From Vitrella brassicaformis CCMP3155 (Eukaryota; Protista; Chromerida), in contig CDMY01000290.1 of assembly GCA_001179505.1 (NCBI GenBank), positions 1 through 64,000 of the forward strand: DNA of 64,000 bases, read 5' to 3'. A program made the position numbers and the translations under genes. The notes under the pieces are model-generated. The model worked only from the letters and a program-made list of their open reading frames with translations, ran no database searches and was not told the origin of the DNA. How positions within the stretch are numbered: the stretch's first letter is position 1; every line of letters begins with the position of its first letter. Positions 24,028 through 36,400 of the stretch are shown here, piece after piece.

Positions 24028-24780
24028 CGCTCGCTCGTGCCGGTCACTCACTGTCGCTTGCCGTCACTCGCTCACTCAAACACACACACAGTGTGCCGAG
24101 TGCTTTGCGTCGCTCGGCCTTTCTGATTGTGTATACATAAAGACATGTCTCTTCGGACGTGTACGTTGGCACATGTGTGGTGATTGTTTTGTGTGTGTGT
24201 GGATGGATGGCAGGTCTGTTATAGCTATCGGTGGAGCGCGCGGAGAGAGAGTGGAGGTGCATGTGGGTCGGTCATTCTCACTCCCGCCAGACCGATCGTC
24301 GCGTCACACTGGCGCTCGACTCATTGTCCGTCCATCGACAAGCATCACACGTTTGGTCAAGCACAGAGACCCAAACACCATCGAGGCAGGGATGACATAC
24401 ATAGAAAGCTGTAAATCATCACCTGACTAGCCCTGTCGACCAACGGACACACGGCCATGAGACGGTCATACACGGCCATTTCTTCCATGGCCTTCCACGA
24501 CAGCACCTAAAACATTTACATCCACACATCCGTCAAGCTGTCTGTCTATAAGCGTAGGCCAAGCTGGTCTACATGTGTCTGTCTGTCTGGCGCCTGACTA
24601 ACGGCCACGTGCGATGCCATACGGACACAGGAGGGAAAAACGCGTGTATAGAGTGCGATACACCTTTCAGGGAAAAAACTGGGTGGCCGCAGAAATGAAG
24701 AAAGGTAGATTCCGATATCGCCGTGTGCCATTGGTCGTCATTGGTCTTGTCGGTTCCTCGCTCACACGCACACTGGTGGC

Positions 24781-26428
24781 TCATTGGTCTTGTCGGCTGA
24801 TGGTGCGGCGGATGAACGACTTGGCGACTGCCACGTCAGATATGCCCCCGAAGACGGCCTCTCGGGCCGCATCGATCAGCGCCGCCTCCACCCGCCCCTC
24901 ATCAGACCCATCGCTGTCTTGGGGCGGCTCCACCAGCAGTGACATGCTCATGCCTGATATGCCATACTGCACACACAGCACAGACATTGACACGTGCTGT
25001 GTGTGTTGTGTGTGGACTCACCTCTTTGATTTTGTCGATGACGTGCTGTAGTTTTCCGCCGTGGCGCTGCTTCTTGTCGGCGGCCATCATGTCCATCTCA
25101 CGCTCGATGGCCGACACCAGACGTGCTGAGTCCCACAGCTGGCCGGCAGCCAGGCCTCCCTCACCCCTCACACCATCGCCAGGTGGCCACTGGACGGCCC
25201 CCCGTCGCTTGAGTGCCCGCAGGAAGCGCCGCAGCTGCGCAATGATGACGAGTGCGATGCCCGTGTGCAGGCCGAGGTCGCGGCCGATGTCCTCACCCGC
25301 CGCCACACCGTCAATGTCATCCAACATGTCCAGCAAACTCACCGCTGCGCCGACCCGTAACGCCTACACACACAGAAGGGAAGACGACACACATACGTTT
25401 AAGTCAGCCTGCCTTCACATGTGTGTGGTGTGCTGACCATGATGTTGTCGGCTACGTGTCGCATGTCGGGTGATGGGTGGGCCTTGAGCAGCTCCACCAG
25501 CTGAACCTTTGTCAACTCATCGAACGGAATCATCTCGCCCTCCCTCTCGCCATTGCCATCGCCATGCCCACCAGCCCGTCCTTCGTGCGTCGTCCCATCC
25601 GCCATGCGATCGGCCGTGCTCGGATCTCGTGCCTGCATCACATTGGGTGCGTGTGGGCCATTCACGGGCTGATAAGATGGCGGCCGCATCGTCATGTCGA
25701 TGTCGGCCAGCTCGCCAGCACTCGGCAGCTGCTCGTCATCTGCCGCCTTGAGCGGCTTGGGCAGGGCTGGTGTGGTGTGCTGCTGATTGGTCTTCTGAAG
25801 CTGTTTGATGAATCGACTGGCGGCCTCCTTGATGTCCTCGCCGTTGCGCTGCCCCACCATGCCCGGCAGCTCACGGCGCACAAACGAGTCGATGGAGGCA
25901 AAACTCAGAGAGGGGACGGCCGCCAGCATCGCCCCAATGTTGTCTCCCACTTGACCATACACACGACAGAGGACCATCCGCTGGGCGTGTGTCATGGGCT
26001 GCTGGTCCTCAGTGCCGTCCATGTCCATCTCCTGCTGGCGGCATGCCCAAGCGGCATCGATGGCCGCCCCCATGGCCTCCCTGGTGGCCGCTGAGAGGGG
26101 CACCGACTGCACTGGCGTGCCAGGCAGGACCACCTCCACGGCCAGCTGGGTCAGGGCAGACCCACTCCTGAACCGCAGACACAGAGGCGTGTCGGGATGG
26201 GCTCGGCCGAGTGCCTCCAGCTGCTGGTAGAAGTGGCGAATCAGATGCCCCCTCTGGACCGGCGTCACACGAGGGCCGCGACTGGCCGTGTGGTCCGTCG
26301 GCGGCGTAGCCGGAGGGTTCTTCTGCAGCCAACTGGGGGCCTCGATGTCCGGCGAGGAATTGCGGTGAAGGCGATTGTCCCTTCGGGGCGGCGGTTGATT
26401 GGTGTCAGGGCGAGCACTGCGGTCGATT
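24781..26428 (-). CDS. 3' end of the intact multi-AP2 gene: AP2-like+SANT-like module followed by two SAM-like domains
   Basis: Open spliced frame with introns from 25437 and near 25020-24970. FDELTKVQLVELL...DNIM|ALRVGAAVSLLDML...EDIGRDLGLHTGIALVIIAQLRRF, then LWDSARLV...QHVIDKIKE|YGISGMSMSLL. Stop TGA at 24781-24783. Confidence 0.8.
25827..26428. repeat. 602-bp sequence identical to 33457-34058, each copy flush with a gap
   Basis: Base-by-base comparison by eye found no differences. One copy ends at the gap at 26429 and the other starts after the gap ending at 33456. Confidence 0.9.
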
Positions 26429-26728
26429 NNNNNNNNNNNNNNNNNNNNNNNNNNNNNNNNNNNNNNNNNNNNNNNNNNNNNNNNNNNNNNNNNNNNNNNN
26501 NNNNNNNNNNNNNNNNNNNNNNNNNNNNNNNNNNNNNNNNNNNNNNNNNNNNNNNNNNNNNNNNNNNNNNNNNNNNNNNNNNNNNNNNNNNNNNNNNNNN
26601 NNNNNNNNNNNNNNNNNNNNNNNNNNNNNNNNNNNNNNNNNNNNNNNNNNNNNNNNNNNNNNNNNNNNNNNNNNNNNNNNNNNNNNNNNNNNNNNNNNNN
26701 NNNNNNNNNNNNNNNNNNNNNNNNNNNN
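26429..26728. other. Assembly gap (300 N)
   Basis: N run. Confidence 0.98.
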
Positions 26729-27675
26729 ATGGCCGTTAGTATCCATATTATCACTCGCTCCATCACACGGCGTTCTGGCAGCGTGTGCGCGAATACACCG
26801 ACCGCATCACATCTTCTTGTCTCCTGTCTGTCTGTCTGTCTATCAGTTTGTATGTCCATGCCATGTGCCACTCACTGCTTCAATCCCGACATGTGTCTGT
26901 CAAGACAAAACGAACAGATACATAGATACCCCACCCCGTGCCGAACCGGTCAACTCAGCCGTGAGTAAAGCCGTATCGTATGCACCGCCACACGGCCAAA
27001 AAAGAGGAGAAAAAACAAAGGGAAGTCATCACACACAGGGACCTAGGTCGTTGGCGCCCATGGCCAGCTGCTCGATGGTACGTACACCGATAAACGAACA
27101 GCCACACAAGGACGCCAAAAGACACACACACACCAAGGGCAGTCTCTACTGTACCATTGACTTACTGACTCACATCAACATCATCAGCATGCCATGGCCG
27201 TCCCACCACTCAAAACACAACATATCGACTCGACGATGCTTGCATCCGAACGACGGTGTGCGATAGCAAAAAAGATGAAAAAAGTGCGGGTATTTCTCGC
27301 ATATGGCCGGAAAAACGAATGTGAGGCATTGGCGAATGCATGCAATCCAAAGCAAGCATCACCAACCTGACCTGGTATCTGTCAATGGTCTTTACTTCAA
27401 AAAGGCATTCAGGGGGGTACCACACCGACACACCGACCCAAGATCCCGGCCAGGCCAGCCGACACCACGAGTGAGTACATAAAGGCAGCGCACCCCACCG
27501 CACCCAGCTCGATCACACAACTCAGTCAGTGGGTATGTTATGAGGCCCCATCGTCAGTCAACCGACACACACACCTTACTCCATGCATCCCCTCTCCGAC
27601 CTCAGACACACCAGACAGCAGACTCACCTCCCTCGCTGCACGAATGAATTACATCCCCGCCTGTCATTCGTCCAT

Positions 27676-28354
27676 TCATTTGAGCTTCTGCGTGACGAGG
27701 CACTCCATCACGCCCGCCTCCTCGAGGGACTGCGCATGGTCGTCCAGCGGCTTGGGAGGGAAAGCCGCCGACGAGAAGAGCCGGAAGCTGGCCACACCGA
27801 TGTTGCTCGCCTTGGCGGCCGCCGCGTACAGCTCCTTGACGGGCATGGCGTTGTTGAAGGTCAGCTTCACCTGGTCGCCCGTGTGCAGCCGCAGCGTCAC
27901 CTGCAATCAAGGTCATCACAAAGGGCACCGTTGGGTGCCAAGTGTGTGAGTGGGCACACACTGACCTTGGTGGTGGGCTTGTCAGTGTCGATGGGGGGGC
28001 TGTAGTCGTGGTCTTTGGCGGTGTTGGGGGCGTGGGGCGGCGGGGCGTGCGATGGCTCAGATAAAGTGTGGCCGCCACCAGTGAACAGCTGCTGAGGCGC
28101 GTACTTCTCAACCAACTGAAACACACACACACTCACACACGGTTGGCCACAGAGGCTGCATGTCTGTGTGAGTGTGGTGTGCTGACCATGATGTTCTCGG
28201 CAACCTGCCGCATGTCGGGTGATGGGTGGGCCTTGAGCAGCTCCACCAGCTGACCCTTCGTCAGCTCATCGAACGGAATCATCTCGCTCTCCCTCTCGCC
28301 ATTGCCGTCGCCATGCCCGCAAGCCCGTCGTCCGTGCGTCGCCCCGTCCAGCAT
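27676..28354 (-). CDS. SAM N-half + SHP box + UBX domain (p47/Shp1/UBXN2-like C-terminus), in frame with the upstream AP2 array but behind a TAA
   Basis: Exons 28354-28187, 28115-27966 and 27900-27676 are joined by phase-0 GT-AG introns. FTGGGHTL fits the SHP consensus FxGxGxxL. IDTDKPTTK|VTLRLHTGDQVKLTFNN...FPPKPLDDHAQSLEEAGVMECLVTQKL is UBX with the FPPK loop. Confidence 0.82.
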
Positions 28355-28378
28355 GCGAAGGGCAGCGGCCGGATCTCT

Positions 28379-31300
28379 TTATGCATCGGGGGTCACATCA
28401 GGTGTGTGCGGGCCATTGGCTGGCAAGGGGGACTGCGTCTGCGGGACCACATCGGCCAAGTCTCGACTCATGGGCTGCGGCGTCACGTCGATATCGAGTG
28501 GCTCATTGCCACCCGGCAGCTGCTCGGCGTCCACCGCTTCGAGCCGCTCGGACATGGCTGATGCCAGCCGGTGGCCCTTCTGGCGCTTGACTCGCCTGTC
28601 CACTGCCTGGCCGGTGCTCTCCATCTCGAGACGATGCTGCTCAGCCAACGCCTGGGGCAAAGAGAGAGAGAGACGGAAAGCGAATGGTCCATAAGCACCT
28701 TTGCTTAAGGCCATGTAGGTCTTGCGTACCTTTGCTTTGACGAAGCCGTGCTCTCCGACTGTGAATTGCTTTTTCCTCTGCCTGGTGCCGTCCTTCGGAT
28801 ACCATGACGCCGTCCACGCCCGGAATTTCCCATCCCAGGAGACGCCCACGACCTTTGACTGATGCTCGGCACGTCTGCGGATGGCGGCCGTCTTCCCCTT
28901 GGTGGCCTCGGCTGTCTTGCCGCCCTTGGGTCTCTGTCGCCTCTCGACGGCGGATGGGCTGCTGCTGGCGGATGGGTCTCTGGAGAGGTGCTTGAGAGAC
29001 GAAGTGCGATTGACAGACTTATCACACTGGCCGCCCTCTTGCCTGTCGCTGCCGAAGAGGGTCGAGTGCCTCTCCTCCATCGCACGGCGGTGCGCGATCG
29101 CGGCCTGTTTGGCAGGCTCGTAGGCGAGCTCTTTGACGGAGAAGTACTTGCTCTTCGTTTTGCCCCCCACCTGCCATTTGGCCACCCAGCGCTTCCTTCT
29201 CTCGTCGAAGTTGACGCCCCGCACGCCGCTCTGATGCTCACATGGTTTCTGCTCCATCACGGCCCGTTTGTGAGGGGTGGCGGCAGCCATAGCAGCCAGC
29301 CTGGTGTTCTGCTGATTGGTCTTCTGAAGCTGTTTGATGAATCGACTGGCGGCTTCCTTGATGTCCTCGCCGTCACGCCGCCCCACCATGGCCGGCAGCT
29401 CACGGCGCACAAACGAGTCGACGGACGCAAAGCTCAGAGAGGGGACGGCCGCCAGCATCGCCCCACAGTTGTGACCCACTTGACCATAAAGGCGACAGAG
29501 GATCATCCGCTGGGCGTGTGTCATGGGCTGCTGGTCCTCAGTGCCATCCATGTCCATCTCCCGCTGGCGGCATGCCCATGCGGCATCGACGGCCGCCCCC
29601 ATGGCCTCCCTGGTGGCCGCTGAGAGGGGCACCGACTGCACTGGGGTGCCGGGCAGGACCACCTCGACGGCCAGCTGGGTCAGGGCAGACCCACTCCTGA
29701 ACCGCAGACACAGAGGCGTGTCGGGATGGGCTCGGCCGAGTGCCTCCAGCTGCTGGTAGAAGTGGAGAATCAGATGCCCCTGCTGGACCGGGGACACACG
29801 AGGGCCGCGACTGGCCGTGTGATGCGTCGGCGGCGTAGCCGGTGGGCCCTCCCGCAGCCAACTGGGGGCCTCGATGTCAGGTGAGGGATGGCGGTCGAAT
29901 CGGTCGTCTCTGCGGGGCCTCGGTCGGTTGGTGTCACGGCGAGCCGTAGGGTGCAGAGGCACACCGCCCCCCACACCACCGTCACGCAGCTGAGGGGCCT
30001 GCGGCCGCCCCCTGACCGCTGCCCGGCCGGTGCGCTCCATCTCGAGACGGTGCTGCTCGGCCAACGCCTGAAACACGTGACAGACACAACGAGGGCTGGC
30101 GGTGTTGGGCTGCGCGAGCGGGGTGGCGCTGTGCTGTACCTTTGCTTTGTCGAAGCCGTGATGTTTGACGTAGAAATACTTCTTCTTCTGCTTGCCGTCG
30201 CCCTTGTCGTACCAAGTCGCCACCCAATACTGGTACTTCTCAGACCAGCAAACCCCCGGCACGTCGGACTGATGCTCCGCAGGTTTGCGGATGACGGCCT
30301 CGCCCTTGGCCTCGCCCTTGGCCTTGGCTGCCTTGTCACTGTTGGGGCTCGGCCGCCATTCCGCCACGGAAGGGCTGCTGCTGGCGAGAGCCGCATGTCG
30401 GCGGCGGTGCTTTCGAGGGGGGCTGTGGTCGATGACTGATCACGAATCGAACCCTCTGGCACCGACGCACCAGCCCCTTGCTGCTGTCGGTCAGCATCAT
30501 CTCGGTCCGCACATTTTGCCTGCGCCACCAGGCTGGCTGCCAGAGAATGGCCGCCCGCCTCACTCAGCCTCGCCGACACACACCGATCCCTCCCCCCACC
30601 CGCGTCCTCACGATGGCGCTTGGCTGCTGGCCGGTTGATGAGCAGCTCGTTCTCGGAGCTGGACGAGTCCGTTATAAGCCTCTCACTGACACGAGATGAC
30701 GACCTGCCTCTGTGGCGGCGGCGAGGCTGAATGTGGGGCGGCATGAGGTCATTGTTGTCGAGTGGATGGCCACTGGGGCACTCAGACAGAGACGGGGGCG
30801 GCATGGGCTTGGGCCTGGCTCTGCTGCTGCGGTGGCGCGTCTGAGGACGATTGCAGCCGTGGGGGCTGATGTCATCGAGCCAGCTGATGTCCAGGGGTGC
30901 AGCGGCCTCTCCCTCACTGACAGTGCTCAAACGGTTGAGCTCCTCGACAGCGCGGCGAAAAGCGGCGATGACGGCCGAACGGGAGCTGAGGTCGACCACC
31001 GGGACATCGAGAATGCGGTCCTCGCCATCTTCCCCCTCGGGGGACGGCAGACGGACACGGAAGCCGCCGTCCTGCCAACACAACCCGCATGACCTGCGCG
31101 AAAGAAAGAGCCAACCCCCCACACACATCACACACGTGACAAATCTGGCCCTCCCTGGTCTTCCCTTGTCTTGTCTTACCCGTCGCTGCTGAGGACCTCG
31201 ACGAGGGCAGCAGCCAGGTCGCCGCCCTCCATCACACCCACACCTGGCCTGCTGCTGGGGGGGCCGTGGCGGCGCGCCGAGTGAATCGCACCATCATCAT

Positions 31301-33156
31301 TGGGGGGGCTGCAGGAACGGCCCTCATCGCTCGTCGCCCCGCCCTCTGAAGTGTGGCGCCGCTGCTCCATCTTCTGTCTGTGTGCGATGGCCGCCTGTTT
31401 GGCCTCCTCGTAGCCGAGCTCAGCGACGGAGAAGGACTTCGTCTTCTTCCTGCCGCCCACCTGCCAGCTGGCCAGCCATGAGTTGCCGCCCTTGTTGTAG
31501 CTGACGCCCCTGACGCCGCTCTGGTGCTCACATCGCTTCCTCACCGACGCCAGTCCAATACGCTCCATCTCGAGACGATGCTGCTCGGCCAACGCCTGAA
31601 CCATTCGTTAGAGAGTGAGATGGAGGTGCGGTGCTGCGATGCGATGTCGGTACCTTCGCTTTGTAGAAGCCATGCTCCTTGACGTAGAAGTACTTGTTCT
31701 CCCGCTTGCCGTCGTTCTTGCTATACCACCTCGCTTGGCAGTACTGACCCCGTTCACACCATTGGACCCCCTGCACGGCTGACTGATGCTCGGCACTTTT
31801 GCGGATGACGGTCTTGCCCTTGCCGGCCTTGCGGCTCGGCTGTCCGTCACGCGAAGACACGTCATCAGCCCAATCCATGTCGTCATCGCCACCAACACCA
31901 CCCACATCCGCCTCGCCACCGTCGTGATGTGCCGGACCCTTGGACGCCGCACCAGCACTCGTGCCTCTGTCGGCGGCATGCTTGTCCGTCGGCTGTGGCT
32001 GCAGCTTGATCCGCCGCATGTCGACCATGATTGCATCGTCGCCAGCCGCGGCGTTGCGGTGGTGCGCCGCTTGGGCGAAGGCACGCAGGATGAGCCGGGA
32101 TGAGGTCACGTCAGACACACTGAAGACACGCTCGTCGTGCCTGGCCTCCCCGTCTGGTCGGTAAGACACAAAGCTGGCCTCCTCGCCGCGCCACTCGAGA
32201 CCGAGACTGAGTGGAGCACACATCAAGGAAGAGGAGAATCCGTGGCCTATTCTATGAGACTTCATCGTTCTGCCCACCTGTCGGCATCGTCTTGGTGCGA
32301 GTCCGCCAGCTGCCGCTGTGCCTGCTCCACCAGGCTGGCTGCCAGAGCATGGCCGCCCCCTTCACTCAGCTTCGCCGACACAATTCTTTCCTTCCCACCG
32401 CCTGACCTGTCGCGACGGCGTCTGGCCCCCGGTCGATGTGACAGCTCCTCGCCCTCACGACGGCGATGTGCCTCCGATGTGGGTAGAATGGCAGGCGGCA
32501 TGAGTTCATCCTGACTGTCCCTCCTGCTGCCCGGGCGATGGCTGGGCTCCCCACTCCCCAGACAGGCCATCGGCCTCTCACTGACACGATGTGCAGACCT
32601 GCCTCTGTGGCGGCGCCGGCGCTGAATGTGGGGCGGGCATGGGGTCATCATTGTCAGGTGTGTGGTCACTGGGGCCCTCAGACAGAGACGGGGGCGGCAT
32701 GGGCTTGCGCCTCGCTCTGCTGCTGCGGCGGAGCGTCTGAGGACGATTGCAGCCGTGGGGGCTGATGTCATCGAGCCAGCTGATGTCCAGGGGTGCAGCG
32801 GCCTCTCCCTCACTGACAGTGCTCAAACGGTTGAGCTCCTCGACAGCGCGGCGAAAAGCGGCGATGACGGCCGAACGGGAGCTGAGGTCGACCATCGGGA
32901 CATCGAGAATGCGGTCCTCGCCATCTTCCCCCTCGGAGGACGGCAGACGGACACGGAAGCCGCCGTCCTGCCAACACAACCCGCATGACCTGCGCGAAAG
33001 AAAGAGCCAACCCCCCACACACATCACACACGTGACAAATCTGGCCCTCCCTGGTCTTCCCTTGTCTTGTCTTACCCGTCGCTGCTGAGGACCTCGACGA
33101 GGGCAGCAGCCAGGTCGCCGCCCTCCATCACTCCCACACCTGGCCTGCTGCTGGGG
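28379..33156 (-). pseudogene. Multi-AP2 array segment (5 canonical AP2, 3 degenerate AP2-like, 1 AP2-like+SANT-like module) with frameshifts
   Basis: AP2s at about 31790-31560, 31530-31370, 30275-30030, 29240-29070 and 28860-28620. Relative to paralogs: +1 nt near 32636 (atgcccgcccc vs atgccgcccc), -1 nt near 30431 (tcatcgacc vs tcatccgacc), and an in-frame TAA at 28379-28381. Confidence 0.75.
30830..33156. repeat. Near-identical tandem copies of an exon-intron unit (about 30830-31260 and 32730-33156)
   Basis: The CWQDGG exon, intron and LAAALVEVLSSDG exon end are duplicated with only a few substitutions. A third, more diverged copy is at about 37450-37860. Confidence 0.9.
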
Positions 33157-33456
33157 NNNNNNNNNNNNNNNNNNNNNNNNNNNNNNNNNNNNNNNNNNNN
33201 NNNNNNNNNNNNNNNNNNNNNNNNNNNNNNNNNNNNNNNNNNNNNNNNNNNNNNNNNNNNNNNNNNNNNNNNNNNNNNNNNNNNNNNNNNNNNNNNNNNN
33301 NNNNNNNNNNNNNNNNNNNNNNNNNNNNNNNNNNNNNNNNNNNNNNNNNNNNNNNNNNNNNNNNNNNNNNNNNNNNNNNNNNNNNNNNNNNNNNNNNNNN
33401 NNNNNNNNNNNNNNNNNNNNNNNNNNNNNNNNNNNNNNNNNNNNNNNNNNNNNNNN
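33157..33456. other. Assembly gap (300 N)
   Basis: N run. Confidence 0.98.
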
Positions 33457-36400
33457 CCTTGATGTCCTCGCCGTTGCGCTGCCCCACCATGCCCGGCAGC
33501 TCACGGCGCACAAACGAGTCGATGGAGGCAAAACTCAGAGAGGGGACGGCCGCCAGCATCGCCCCAATGTTGTCTCCCACTTGACCATACACACGACAGA
33601 GGACCATCCGCTGGGCGTGTGTCATGGGCTGCTGGTCCTCAGTGCCGTCCATGTCCATCTCCTGCTGGCGGCATGCCCAAGCGGCATCGATGGCCGCCCC
33701 CATGGCCTCCCTGGTGGCCGCTGAGAGGGGCACCGACTGCACTGGCGTGCCAGGCAGGACCACCTCCACGGCCAGCTGGGTCAGGGCAGACCCACTCCTG
33801 AACCGCAGACACAGAGGCGTGTCGGGATGGGCTCGGCCGAGTGCCTCCAGCTGCTGGTAGAAGTGGCGAATCAGATGCCCCCTCTGGACCGGCGTCACAC
33901 GAGGGCCGCGACTGGCCGTGTGGTCCGTCGGCGGCGTAGCCGGAGGGTTCTTCTGCAGCCAACTGGGGGCCTCGATGTCCGGCGAGGAATTGCGGTGAAG
34001 GCGATTGTCCCTTCGGGGCGGCGGTTGATTGGTGTCAGGGCGAGCACTGCGGTCGATTTGCCCTCTGCCCCGCACACCACCGTCACGCCGCTGAGGGGCT
34101 CGATCGTCTCTCGGGCGCACAGGGCCATCGTCCCGGCCATCATCAGCACTCATCAAGTCATCCTCGGGCGTGTAGTGGCGCTGCACCATTGCGTGGCGGT
34201 GTTTGATTGCCAACGCCTGAAATAAAGAGCATTCCATGGACGGGTGCTATGTCGGTACTTCTCATCTTTGGACCTTTGCTCGGTCGAAGCCATGCTCTCT
34301 GACGGAGAAGCTCTTGCTCTTCCTTTTGCCCTCCACCTGCCAGCTGGCCTTCCATGCGTTTTTCGTCTTGTGGTAGTGGACGCCCTTGACGCCGCTCTGC
34401 TGTGCCGTTTTCTTCTTGACTGCTGCCCGGCCAATGCGCTCCATCTCACGACGATGCTGCTCGGCCAACGCCTGATGCACACGACAGACACAACGAGCGC
34501 TTGTTTTGTTGCATGACGTCAGCTGTGAGGCGCTTTGCTACACCTTTGCTTTGTCGAAGCCGTGATTCTTGACAGTGAAATACTTGCTCTTCATCATGGG
34601 GTCCCCCTTGTCGTACCAACTCGCCCTCCAGGCCTGGTCCCTCTCATACCATGAGACGCCCGACACGTCTGATCGGTGCGGGGCAGCCCTTCCTACGACG
34701 GCTGTGGCTGTCTTGCCACTGTTGGGGCTCGGCCGTCTCTCCGCTACGGATGGGCTCCTGCTGGCGAGAGATGCATCTCTCCGGCAATGCTTCCGAGATG
34801 GGCTGCGGTCGGACGACTGATCACGCACCGACAGGCCCAGCTCCTCCTTGCCCCCCTGCTGCTGTGGGTCGAGCCATGAGAGGTCGATAATGGTCGCTCG
34901 GTCGCCGAGCTGGTCACGGTGGATGGTGTTGCGGTACGCCACACACAGGCGGAGCGCATCGAGGGTGCTGTCACGGGAGTCAGGATCTTCGATGACGAAC
35001 TTGCGGAGACCCAGGTACTTGCCCTGTTTGAAGAAGTAGGCGGTGAAACGTCTCGGTGAAGCCATACAGATGCCCACCCTGATACGACATAACACAGAGG
35101 ATAATAAATGTGTCGCCTTCCCGTGTCCTGTGCGTGGCTGACCCTCCATTGGCAAGCGGACAGGCGTCGTTGAAGCGTCGTATCAGTCGGTCCGCCAGGG
35201 CTTTGGCGAGGGCAGTCCCAGTGAGCCCATCCAGGTCGGCCTCATCGCGCGCTCTCTTGCGGTCGACAGTCTTGCGCTTGGGGGCGGGGCGACGCGGCGA
35301 CCCCCTCTCTTGGTCGCTGCTGCGATGCGTCTGACGAGTGCCCGTTGAGTGGGGATGGGCGGCCACCGGGGCATTGCTGCTGTGCGTGCATTCGGGGCAG
35401 AACCACTTGCCCTTGGGGACGGCCGTCAGCTGGACGCAGTAGGTGTGGTAGGCCGCAGAGCAGCCCCCGTTGTCACACAATAGCAGAAGCTGCTCGTCGT
35501 CGCCCTTGCCGCACTTCAAACACCGCACCGAATCATCCGAATCACTCCCCGCCTCCTTAATGTCGTCGGTGCTCACCCTCTTGCGCCCTCGCCTGCCGCT
35601 GTGACGACTGGTGGACTTGGGGGGGAGGAGGCGGCGTGGCGGACTCGAGCTGCTGCTATCGCGGTAGTCGCTGTCACCCCCCTCACCACCAGACGACAGT
35701 GATGATGTTGAATAGCCCTGCCACTCCTTCTCAGACGGTGAAGCCATCTCGGCATGGCGGCTGGCCTCACTTGACCGTGGCTTGGGGCCGCGACGCCCGA
35801 CTGAAGAGAGGGACAGGGAAATGCGCCGATGGGGTGAAGAGCACTGCTGGCCATCAGACTGCTGACCCAAGTGCCGAGATGACGCCATGCTGCCGCCCCG
35901 CATATCGATGTCCTTCTCCTGTGCAGCGGGGGGCAACGGCTGAGGGCGGATAGCCTCGGGTCGACCGTGGCCGGCAGCAGAGTCGTGCGGAGAAGGTGGC
36001 TGGTGGACGGGCTGGCTGTCGCTGCCGAAGGGTGTGTAGTGCCTCTCCTCCATCGCACGGCGGTATGCGATCGCTGCCTGCTTGGCAGGCTCGTAGCCGT
36101 GCTCAGCCACGGCGAAGGACTTGCTCTTCCTCCTGCCGCCCTCACGCCATTGGGCCACCCAGCTCTTGTCTGTTTCGTTGTAGTGGACGCCTCGTACGCC
36201 GCTCTGATGCTTGGATAGTTTCTGGACGGATGCCCGACCGGTGCGCTCCATCTCGAGACGATGCTGCTCAGCCAATGCCTGACGCACACGTTTGGGGGAA
36301 CGGAGAGTGAGATAGAGGTGGGGTGCTGGAGTGACATGTCGGCACCTTTGCTTTGTGGAAGCCATGGTCCCTGACGAAGAAGTTCTTGTTCTCCTGCTTG

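Noticed and set aside
25450-25530. LTKVQLVELLK read as a SAP or Rho-N motif
   Set aside because: After splicing to the next exon it continues into a SAM-like pattern and lacks the SAP G-L...G.K..L..RL signature.
25770-26000. ACDC domain (the usual ApiAP2 partner)
   Set aside because: The helical segment fits the SANT register better, and I could not match ACDC's conserved residues.
26729-26871. MAHGMDIQTDRQ... as the N-terminus of the SAM-containing gene
   Set aside because: It is low-complexity (GACA)n-derived sequence, joined to the downstream exons only through the N gap.
27337-27344. TGCATGCA (known ApiAP2 target motif) in the spacer next to the array, suggesting autoregulation
   Set aside because: The same 8-mer occurs in unrelated places (about 53144, 53410) in a genome rich in TGCA/CA repeats, so there is no evidence of enrichment.
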